Below are positions 49,461 to 56,215 of a DNA stretch of 64,000 nt, one piece after another (position 1 is the stretch's first letter; each line of letters opens with the position of its first letter). The notes under the pieces were generated by a model. The model made no database searches and was not told the DNA's origin. It saw nothing but the letters and a program-made list of their open reading frames with translations. Position numbers and translations under genes: made by a program. The stretch spans positions 64,001-128,000 of IMG/VR virus record IMGVR_UViG_3300028394_000044, one strand, 5' to 3'. The stretch comes from a virus.

Positions 49461-49838
49461 ATGGGTACTCGTTCTTTGACTTTTGTGTATGATGATTTGT
49501 CTCCTGTTATGTGTATGTACCGTCAATTTGATGGTTATCCTTCAGGTCATGGTCGTGAGCTTGCTACATTCTTGACTGGTTTTGATGCTATCGTAAATGG
49601 TATTCCTGTTGGTGATAAACGTAAAATCGCCAATGGTATGGGTTGCCTTGCTGCTCAATTGGTTGGTAATTTTAAAGTTGGAGTTGGTGGTTTTTATTTG
49701 TATCCTACCGATACCACTGATGTTGGTGAGGAATATGTGTATCACTTGTACTCCGATAAAATTGTCGTGAAAGATGGTGATGGTGCAAAACTGTTCACTG
49801 GTACTTGGTCCGAGTTTTCTAAATACTGCCAAGAATAA
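49461..49838 (+). CDS. Hypothetical protein
   Basis: MGTRS..Y...DGYP.GHG..NGMGCLAAQ motif. Confidence 0.65.
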   Translation: MGTRSLTFVYDDLSPVMCMYRQFDGYPSGHGRELATFLTGFDAIVNGIPVGDKRKIANGMGCLAAQLVGNFKVGVGGFYLYPTDTTDVGEEYVYHLYSDKIVVKDGDGAKLFTGTWSEFSKYCQE

Positions 49839-49968
49839 TATATGTGGCTAAAACTTAAAATTTTATGTTGGAAAATGTCAATACAATCCGTTCTCATAGA
49901 GTGGATTGTGCTTGTGGCATTAGGAATATTGTTGCTAACTGCAATTGCAATTTGATTGGAAAAACTAA

Positions 49969-50169
49969 ATGGCATATATTGACGTTGATTTATCTGAATT
50001 CAGTGATGAAGAATTGATGGAAGAATTAGAAGACCGGGGTTTATATGAATCTAAAGGCATAAACGTGTCAGAATTGGTTGATAAAATTTATCAACTACGT
50101 AGATTAGGAAAAAACTTCGATAAAGAATTGGACCTATTGCTTTATGATATGACGGGTCACACTCTATAA
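49969..50169 (+). CDS. Hypothetical protein
   Basis: DVDL.EF.DEEL..EL..RG. Confidence 0.55.
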   Translation: MAYIDVDLSEFSDEELMEELEDRGLYESKGINVSELVDKIYQLRRLGKNFDKELDLLLYDMTGHTL

Positions 50170-50178
50170 GGATTAAAA

Positions 50179-50316
50179 ATGTTTAAGCCGAGGAATTTCA
50201 TAGCAAAAGATTTACGCACACCAAAATATCGAATGCGGGTAATTCCTTTGGCAAAAATGTATGACAGAAAAAAAGAAGTTGCTAAATTCATTCGAGAATT
50301 AAAAGATGGAAACTAA
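50179..50316 (+). CDS. Small basic ArfA-like protein (not in ORF track)
   Basis: RNFIAKDLRTPKYRMRV..YDRK, AAGGA RBS. Confidence 0.5.
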   Translation: MFKPRNFIAKDLRTPKYRMRVIPLAKMYDRKKEVAKFIRELKDGN

Positions 50317-50665
50317 AATGCAAGATTATGATGGCATGATGTTTCTGCCTATGGATACTGATAATGAAGATGAGGATGCGCTTGAGTTTAAGTTCATTAC
50401 ATTCAATGAAGATTTTGGTAAAAAGATAGAGGGTAATACTCTTGGTGAAAAATATCACGTGGCATTTTTTAAATGTGATGATGAAGGTGAATATACCTTC
50501 GATGAAACGTTTGAGGCTATCTTTATGGATCCTGTAGAGTATGCTAAAACATTTGTTGGTATGAATCTAGCCGGCACATTTATCAAAAAACGCGAAAAAA
50601 CAACGGAATGGTTTAAAAATTACTTGCAAGGTATCTTAGATACGTGTAAAATACAGAATGTTTAA
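50306..50665 (+). CDS. Acidic hypothetical protein
   Basis: 119 aa ORF. Confidence 0.55.
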   Translation: METKMQDYDGMMFLPMDTDNEDEDALEFKFITFNEDFGKKIEGNTLGEKYHVAFFKCDDEGEYTFDETFEAIFMDPVEYAKTFVGMNLAGTFIKKREKTTEWFKNYLQGILDTCKIQNV

Positions 50666-50678
50666 TGAAAGGATTATT

Positions 50679-50969
50679 ATGAATGTTTTTTCTGATGGTG
50701 TGAATGATGTTGCTGGTCGTGAATGGTTAATTGGTGCATTGACAAAAGGCACTTTGACTGTCAAGTTTGTAAAATTGGATGGTACAGTTCGGAGTATGAC
50801 TTGTACTTTGGATCCTGCTTTACTTCCGAAATCTGTGAACACAGAAAAACCTAAAGTTGAACGAAAGAAATCACCAGATGTTCTTGCTGTGTATGATACG
50901 ATTGAACAGGGTTGGCGATCATTTCGTTGGGATTCGGTTGAGTCTGTAATTTTTGATTCTAATAATTAA
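50679..50969 (+). CDS. WYL-like/SH3 beta-barrel phage protein
   Basis: VKFVK.DGT.R.M.CTL..WRSFR.D. Confidence 0.7.
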   Translation: MNVFSDGVNDVAGREWLIGALTKGTLTVKFVKLDGTVRSMTCTLDPALLPKSVNTEKPKVERKKSPDVLAVYDTIEQGWRSFRWDSVESVIFDSNN

Positions 50970-50986
50970 ATTTTAAAAGGTAAAAA

Positions 50987-51274
50987 ATGAAATATATTGT
51001 GGAAACTTTGAGTTTGTTTAAGCTGTATCATGTAGTAGAAGCCGAAAATGAGGCTGATGCTATGTTGATTGCAGAAAATGCTGATGATAATTATCAAGAC
51101 TGGCTTGGTATTACTAAATGTGACATTGAAGAATGTACGGATATTAGACTTGAGAAATTAAAAGGTAAAGAATATTTTTTTGACGGTGTTTCCTTTATCA
51201 ATGATGAAGGTTTTATTGCATATAAACATGCTGACGGAAATACTCGTACCATCGATAGTGTTAAAGTAAAGTAA
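50987..51274 (+). CDS. Hypothetical protein
   Basis: MKYIVET..VVEAE motif. Confidence 0.6.
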   Translation: MKYIVETLSLFKLYHVVEAENEADAMLIAENADDNYQDWLGITKCDIEECTDIRLEKLKGKEYFFDGVSFINDEGFIAYKHADGNTRTIDSVKVK

Positions 51275-51329
51275 AAAATATTTTCAAAAAGTCTATTGCC
51301 AAAAGAAAAAAAGCATATATACTAGTACT

Positions 51330-51455
51330 ATGATGAATAAACATTCCTTTAAACAACCAACGCGAATTAATTCGTGGTTAGCCAACTATTGCCTTGAGGA
51401 TTCAAGAGTAATTGGTGAAAGTGGAAAAGGGGTTAGTGAAGGTCGAGACAACTAA
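51330..51455 (+). CDS. Putative leader peptide (41 aa) of tRNA-array attenuator
   Basis: ATG 6 nt after TATACT -10; all 20 amino acids within 29 codons; overlaps antiterminator arm. Confidence 0.65.
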   Translation: MMNKHSFKQPTRINSWLANYCLEDSRVIGESGKGVSEGRDN

Positions 51456-51476
51456 AAGAAGTCTAAACTAATTTGC

Positions 51477-51510
51477 AAACCCCTAGAATCCAAAGTTCTA
51501 GGGGTTTTTT
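51477..51510 (+). terminator. Intrinsic terminator (attenuator candidate)
   Basis: AAACCCCTAGAA-tccaaag-TTCTAGGGGTTT plus T run. Confidence 0.9.
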
Positions 51511-51549
51511 CTTATGTGTTGTTTTTTTACAGCATATTAGAAAAAAGAG

Positions 51550-51606
51550 TTGACAGTTGCATCGCCATCTGTTACAATGAGGTAGTTCTTTAAAAATTTG
51601 TAGAGT
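51550..51606 (+). promoter_or_regulatory. sigma70 promoter plus boxA-like element
   Basis: TTGACA-17-TACAAT then GTTCTTTAAAAATTTGTAGAGT. Confidence 0.7.
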
Positions 51607-51613
51607 AATATTT

Positions 51614-51688
51614 ACCCGGTTAGCCAAGCGGAAAGGCAATGGACTTTGACTCCATGATGCGTAGGTTCGATCCCTCCACCGGGTGCCA
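51614..51688 (+). tRNA. tRNA-Gln(TTG)
   Basis: Cloverleaf, ATGGA-ctTTGac-TCCAT, CCA. Confidence 0.9.
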
Positions 51689-51726
51689 TATTAAAATTCA
51701 TTTAATGAGTGAGTTTCAGTATGTCT

Positions 51727-51818
51727 GGAAAGTAATGCAGGTGGGTTGGTCCGCCGACCAGCCTTGAAAACTGGGTTCTCAGAAATGGGATGGGGTTCGA
51801 CTCCTCTGCTTTCCGCCA
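51727..51818 (+). tRNA. tRNA-Ser(TGA), atypical D-arm
   Basis: ctTGAaa loop, long variable arm, GGTTCGA, GCCA. Confidence 0.8.
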
Positions 51819-51838
51819 ATTTTTAAGGAGTGAATTAT

Positions 51839-52219
51839 ATGTTGTGTGTAAATTTTGAATCCCTATTAGGGAAAGTTTTAAAAGAAGTTGATGTTGATAA
51901 TGATAACATCAAATTTGTTACTGTTGATGGTGAAGTGTACAACATGTACCATGACCAAGATTGTTGCGAGTCTGTTTCAGTTGAGTCCGTTGTTGGTGAT
52001 GTTCAAGACCTGATCGGTGTTCCATTGCTTGTTGCTGAAGAGTCATCGAGCAATGAAAATCCAGAAGGTGCTGAAGTGCCAAATTACCAAGATTCGTTCA
52101 CATGGACATTCTACAAGCTAGCCACTATCAAAGGTTATGTTGACATTCGTTGGTATGGTGAGTCTAATGGCTACTATTCCGAAAGCGTTTCATTGCATAA
52201 AGTGGTAAAAGGAGTTTGA
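51839..52219 (+). CDS. Hypothetical protein within tRNA array
   Basis: H.QDCCE, TWTFY, RW.G.SNGYYSE. Confidence 0.7.
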   Translation: MLCVNFESLLGKVLKEVDVDNDNIKFVTVDGEVYNMYHDQDCCESVSVESVVGDVQDLIGVPLLVAEESSSNENPEGAEVPNYQDSFTWTFYKLATIKGYVDIRWYGESNGYYSESVSLHKVVKGV

Positions 52220-52220
52220 T

Positions 52221-52784
52221 ATGCCATCAGTATTTCTCGTAAGTGACACACACTTTGGTCATGCCGGTGTATGTCGTTTCACAGATTCTAAAACAAATGA
52301 AAAGATTAGACCATGGACGGATCCAAATGAAATGGATGAAGAAATGGTCAAACGTTGGAATGAAACCGTTGGTCCAAAAGATAAAGTGTATCATCTGGGT
52401 GACGTTGTTATTAACCGTAAATCACTTAGCATTATGCATAGGCTGAATGGTGACAAAGTTCTCATCCGAGGTAACCATGATATTTTTCGTGATGATGAAT
52501 ATCGAGTACACTTTCGGGAACTCCGTGCATATCACGTAATGAACGGAATGATTCTTTCTCATATTCCACTTCACCCTGAAAGTCTTGGTCGATTTGGAGT
52601 TAACATTCATGGACACCTTCATACAGGACGTGTTATGAAGGATGAAAAGATTGATACAAGGTACCATTGTGTATGTGTAGAACAAACTGATTTTACTCCT
52701 ATTCTTTTTGAAAATGTTATCAAACGAATCAAAGAAGAAGGTGGTGAAGTAGGATTTAGGAACGGTAACGGTCCTACAATGTAA
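52221..52784 (+). CDS. Calcineurin-like phosphoesterase
   Basis: SDTHFGH, HLGD, GNHD, SH.P, HGHLH. Confidence 0.9.
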   Translation: MPSVFLVSDTHFGHAGVCRFTDSKTNEKIRPWTDPNEMDEEMVKRWNETVGPKDKVYHLGDVVINRKSLSIMHRLNGDKVLIRGNHDIFRDDEYRVHFRELRAYHVMNGMILSHIPLHPESLGRFGVNIHGHLHTGRVMKDEKIDTRYHCVCVEQTDFTPILFENVIKRIKEEGGEVGFRNGNGPTM

Positions 52785-52787
52785 TTT

Positions 52788-52877
52788 GGAGAGTGGGCAG
52801 GACGGTAATGCAGTAGATTGCTAATCTATAGACTATAGTAATATGGTCACAGGGTTCGACTCCCTGACTCTCCACCA
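52788..52877 (+). tRNA. tRNA-Ser(GCT)
   Basis: ttGCTaa loop, long variable arm, CCA. Confidence 0.9.
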
Positions 52878-52883
52878 AAAAAT

Positions 52884-52959
52884 GTAGGTGTGACCCGAAA
52901 GGCTAGGGAACAGATTGCAAATCTGTTTTATGCAGGTTCGATTCCTGTCACCTACTCCA
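52884..52959 (+). tRNA. tRNA-Cys(GCA)
   Basis: ttGCAaa loop, U73, CCA. Confidence 0.9.
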
Positions 52960-52991
52960 GTTGTTAAAAAACAACAACATGCAAATAGATG

Positions 52992-53067
52992 TTGACAAAA
53001 CCTCTGGTTGTGTTATACTCTATTCATGAGTTGAGAAATCAACATGTTCTTTAAAAATTTGTAGAGT
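52992..53067 (+). promoter_or_regulatory. sigma70 promoter plus second boxA-like element
   Basis: TTGACA-16-TATACT; GTTCTTTAAAAATTTGTAGAGT at 53046. Confidence 0.7.
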
Positions 53068-53074
53068 TTAATTT

Positions 53075-53149
53075 ACTCCGTTCGTCTATCGGTTAGGACA
53101 CCGGGTTTTCAACCCGATAAGACCAGTTCGATTCTGGTACGGAGTACCA
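53075..53149 (+). tRNA. tRNA-Glu(TTC)
   Basis: ttTTCaa loop, CCA. Confidence 0.9.
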
Positions 53150-53266
53150 TATTAAAACATATTACAGGTTGGGCAGTATTCGCGGTGCTGCTATTTGGGT
53201 ATTATGAACTAGATAATTACTAGCATCGATACTAAGATACGTAGTATGTTTTAATATGGTAGAAAT

Positions 53267-53341
53267 GCCTTGGTAGCTTAATGGTAAAGCAGGCGACTCA
53301 TAATCGCTTGAGTGGGAGTTCAATTCTCTCTCAAGGCACCA
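53267..53341 (+). tRNA. tRNA-Ile2(CAT)
   Basis: GGCGACTCATAATCGCT anticodon arm as in ileX. Confidence 0.8.
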
Positions 53342-53347
53342 AGATTC

Positions 53348-53422
53348 GGGGGTATAACTTAACGGCTAAAGTATCTGGCTTTTAACCAGGTAATCCGAGT
53401 TCGATTCTCGGTACCCCTACCA
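53348..53422 (+). tRNA. tRNA-Lys(TTT)
   Basis: ctTTTaa loop, CCA. Confidence 0.9.
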
Positions 53423-53433
53423 AAACAATTTTA

Positions 53434-53515
53434 GGAGATGATGCTCTAATGGTAGGGCAGCGGACTGTAACTCCGTGGCTTCGGCAAGTAGGTTCGATTC
53501 CTACCATCTCCACCA
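53434..53515 (+). tRNA. tRNA-Tyr(GTA)
   Basis: ctGTAac loop, variable arm, CCA. Confidence 0.9.
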
Positions 53516-53588
53516 AGCCGAACAGTGTAGCAATACACTCAATGTTTGTTAGTTTTAATGGGTACGTATAGAAACTATCACAAATTTA

Positions 53589-53663
53589 GGTGCGTTCATA
53601 TAATGGTCATTATCTCGGATTGTCTATCCGAAGACGGGGGTTCGATTCCCCCACGCATCGCCA
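53589..53663 (+). tRNA. tRNA-Asp(GTC)
   Basis: ttGTCta loop, GCCA. Confidence 0.9.
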
Positions 53664-53754
53664 ATTTTGTGGCAAGGAAAGTAAAAGGAGAATGGGCAAC
53701 GAAAAGGATTTGAAGCCTTTAGTGGATACCTCACCTGCCATAAATTTTTATTAT

Positions 53755-53830
53755 TCCCCAATAGCTCAGTTGGTAGAGCGTTCCGCTGTTAACGGAAATG
53801 TCGGTGGGTCGGAGCCATCTTGGGGAGCCA
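53755..53830 (+). tRNA. tRNA-Asn(GTT), non-canonical T-loop
   Basis: ctGTTaa loop; T-loop GTCGGAG. Confidence 0.85.
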
Positions 53831-53833
53831 AAT

Positions 53834-54044
53834 TTTGTAAGTGTCAGCAAGTGAAGTCACGCTATTCAGTATTCTTCAAAGGTACTGTATAGTAGAAGGT
53901 TTTGGGTTCAACTCCCACCCGCGGGGAACTGCGGAGGTCTGTAAAGGAGACAAACTGGATGAATCCCAAGTGACGTACCGAGTCCCGGCCGGCTTAATTA
54001 CACGGGTGAATGGTTGCTATAACGATGGGGCAACAACTTACAAA
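53834..54044 (+). ncRNA. Structured ~210-nt ncRNA of unknown family
   Basis: Closing stem TTTGTAAGT/ACTTACAAA, multiple internal hairpins, GC-rich, between tRNAs. Confidence 0.6.
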
Positions 54045-54053
54045 TTCAACATT

Positions 54054-54129
54054 GCCCCGGTGACGGAATGGTATACGTGTTGGTCTTAGAAACCAAATTT
54101 TAGGAGTTCGAGTCTCCTCTGGGGCACCA
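54054..54129 (+). tRNA. tRNA-Leu(TAG), short variable arm
   Basis: ctTAGaa loop, CCA. Confidence 0.88.
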
Positions 54130-54184
54130 AATATCGCCGTGACTGGTGGCGTACAATGAGATAAGTAATCAGTTAACCAAATTT

Positions 54185-54259
54185 GGGCTGTTAGTGATAA
54201 TGGTAGCACAGTGGCTTTGCAAGCCTCGGGCAGGAGTTCGATTCTCCTACGGTCCACCA
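54185..54259 (+). tRNA. tRNA-Ala(TGC)
   Basis: ttTGCaa loop, G3:U70, CCA. Confidence 0.9.
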
Positions 54260-54265
54260 AATTTA

Positions 54266-54340
54266 GCTCTTAAAGCATTGCTGGCGATGCACGGGTCTTG
54301 TAAGCCTGAGAATACAGTTCGATTCTGTATGAGAGCACCA
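54266..54340 (+). tRNA. tRNA-Thr(TGT)
   Basis: ctTGTaa loop, CCA. Confidence 0.9.
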
Positions 54341-54347
54341 AGTTTTT

Positions 54348-54421
54348 CTCCGATTAGTGAAATGGCATCACCCGTGGTTTGGGACCATGAAGCGCAAGTT
54401 CGATTCTTGCATCGGAGACCA
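54348..54421 (+). tRNA. tRNA-Pro(TGG)
   Basis: ttTGGga loop, CCA. Confidence 0.9.
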
Positions 54422-54429
54422 GTTTTTAT

Positions 54430-54500
54430 TGCGGGTATTCAGGGTATCGGTAAGTCTCATAAGCTCTACCTAGTGGGTTCGAATCCCACACCCGCTACCA
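54430..54500 (+). tRNA. Initiator-like tRNA-Met(CAT) with degenerate D-arm
   Basis: 1:72 mismatch, GCGGG acceptor, ctCATaa, canonical T-arm, 71 nt. Confidence 0.7.
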
Positions 54501-54505
54501 GTTTT

Positions 54506-54580
54506 GGTGATATAGTTCAATGGTAGAACACCACCTTCATACGGTGACTGTTGGGAGTTCAAGTCTCTCTATCACCACCA
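54506..54580 (+). tRNA. tRNA-Met(CAT)
   Basis: ttCATac loop, CCA. Confidence 0.8.
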
Positions 54581-54585
54581 AATAT

Positions 54586-54663
54586 GCGTCCTTAGTTCAA
54601 CTGGATAGAGCACCGGGCTACGAACCCGTGAGGTTGGGAGTTCGAATCTCTCAGGACGCACCA
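54586..54663 (+). tRNA. tRNA-Arg(ACG)
   Basis: ctACGaa loop, CCA. Confidence 0.9.
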
Positions 54664-54664
54664 A

Positions 54665-54890
54665 GACCCGTCAGAGTAACGTCTGGCTACTGTGACACGC
54701 AGGAAGTGAAGTGAGTTCGTTACTCAAGTGTGGTACTACTCTTACCGAAGTAGCGTTGGCAATACGAGAATTCTTTTTGGTTGGGAAGCGGGTGGAAGGT
54801 GTGTGTTACAAGGCGTTGAACCGAACGGGGAGCCGAAGTAACAACGGTGCGAGCTGACACACTAAATTACCGCCGCAGAAAGAAAGCATT
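54665..54890 (+). ncRNA. Structured ~225-nt ncRNA of unknown family
   Basis: GC-rich spacer between tRNAs with several complementary segments and no credible ORF. Confidence 0.5.
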
Positions 54891-54892
54891 AT

Positions 54893-54968
54893 ACCCTAAT
54901 AGCTCAGCGGTAGCAGCACCGTCTTGATAAGGCGTAGGTCGGTGGTTCGAATCCACCTTAGGGTACCA
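54893..54968 (+). tRNA. tRNA-Ile(GAT)
   Basis: ttGATaa loop, CCA. Confidence 0.9.
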
Positions 54969-55025
54969 GATTGCACAGTAGTTCTCAAGACTGATGTTAT
55001 TATAAATATCCATAAAGGAGATTGT

Positions 55026-55376
55026 ATGAAGACAATTACATCAGGAAAAAACTACCAAGGATTATTAAAGTTTAATAAGAGTAGAAAATTTCCAACAGAA
55101 GATATTCTTGTTGAAAACTCAAGTTATGCTAGACATAACTTAAAAAGAAGAATATTGGAAGAAAAATTAATTCAATATAAATGTGCATGTTGTAATCTTG
55201 ATAATGAATGGAATGATAAGCCAATTGTTTTACAATTGGATCATATTAACGGTGTAAACAATGACCATAGATTGGAAAATTTAAGGTTTCTTTGTCCAAA
55301 TTGCCATTCACAACAAGACACATATGCAGCTAAAAATAGGTTTAATCCGAAAAGAAAACCTAAAAAATATGTATAA
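55026..55376 (+). CDS. HNH homing endonuclease in tRNA array
   Basis: CACC..LQLDHING..N..LENLRFLCPNCH; own TATAAATA promoter at 55001 and AAGGAG RBS. Confidence 0.9.
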   Translation: MKTITSGKNYQGLLKFNKSRKFPTEDILVENSSYARHNLKRRILEEKLIQYKCACCNLDNEWNDKPIVLQLDHINGVNNDHRLENLRFLCPNCHSQQDTYAAKNRFNPKRKPKKYV

Positions 55377-55377
55377 A

Positions 55378-55451
55378 ATCTCCGTAGTGTAATGGCAGCA
55401 TAAGGATCTCCAAAATCTTTGGTGGGAGTTCGAATCTCTCCGGGGATGCCA
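55378..55451 (+). tRNA. tRNA-Trp(CCA)
   Basis: ctCCAaa loop, GCCA. Confidence 0.9.
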
Positions 55452-55471
55452 AGTTTTTAAAGGTTATCAAT

Positions 55472-55960
55472 ATGAAAAAATTCGATATAAACGAAGTCAA
55501 AGAATTCCTTGCAAAACAAGGACCAAACACCAAAGTATATCTTGGTGCTGACTCTGAAAGAATCAGAGTGAATGAAGTTTGGTATGCTGACTACGCTTTA
55601 GCTGTTGTAGTTCATATTGATGGATGTCATGGCTGTAAGATTTTTGGTTTTGTTGACCGTGAATTAGATTACGACCATAAGAAAAGTAAACCTGCTATGC
55701 GTCTAATGACAGAAGTGTATAAGGTTTCGGAATTGTTTCAATCATTACAAGATGTGTTGGAAGATTATCATGTTGAAGTCCATTTGGATTTAAATAAATC
55801 AGATGAGTTCGGTAGTTCTTGTGTTGTTCAGCAAGCGATTGGTTATATCAAAGGTACATGTAACATGACACCAATGGTTAAACCTGATGCGCCTGCGGCT
55901 TCATTCTGTGCAGATCGTTTAAAACGGATTTTAGCAGAACAAGAATTAGCGACTACATAA
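55472..55960 (+). CDS. RNase H-like YkuK/DUF458 family protein
   Basis: YLGADS, RLM.EV, EVHLD.N, KP.A.AAS..AD. Confidence 0.8.
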   Translation: MKKFDINEVKEFLAKQGPNTKVYLGADSERIRVNEVWYADYALAVVVHIDGCHGCKIFGFVDRELDYDHKKSKPAMRLMTEVYKVSELFQSLQDVLEDYHVEVHLDLNKSDEFGSSCVVQQAIGYIKGTCNMTPMVKPDAPAASFCADRLKRILAEQELATT

Positions 55961-55966
55961 TATTAT

Positions 55967-56040
55967 GCGGGATTAGTTTAGTGGTAAAACGTCATCCTTC
56001 CAAGTTGAAGTTGCGAGTTCGATTCTCGCATCCCGCTCCA
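55967..56040 (+). tRNA. tRNA-Gly(TCC)
   Basis: ctTCCaa loop, TCCA. Confidence 0.9.
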
Positions 56041-56120
56041 TATACAAACACATTTTGATGCCTATAAGATTGTAGATTTGATCGCCTACGATACGGTGCG
56101 TGATGAGTGTGTTTCTATAT

Positions 56121-56194
56121 GCGGGTATGATGTAAAGGTAGCCTGTGACCTTGCCAAGGTTAGTGTGAGAGTTCGATTCTCTCTACCCGCTCCA
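56121..56194 (+). tRNA. tRNA-Gly(GCC)
   Basis: ttGCCaa loop, TCCA. Confidence 0.9.
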
Positions 56195-56215
56195 ATCAAT
56201 TAAAGGTGGTTCATT

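Noticed and set aside
51727-51818. Selenocysteine or opal-suppressor tRNA
   Set aside because: The anticodon reads TGA (decodes Ser UCA), not TCA; no sel genes seen.
54133-54179. Short element ending in ACCA as an extra tRNA
   Set aside because: About 46 nt with no T-arm or anticodon arm; at most a remnant.
53590-54714. ORF-track ORFs 53590, 53841, 53994, 54146 and 54520 (also 56938)
   Set aside because: They overlie tRNA or ncRNA genes and are shadow frames.
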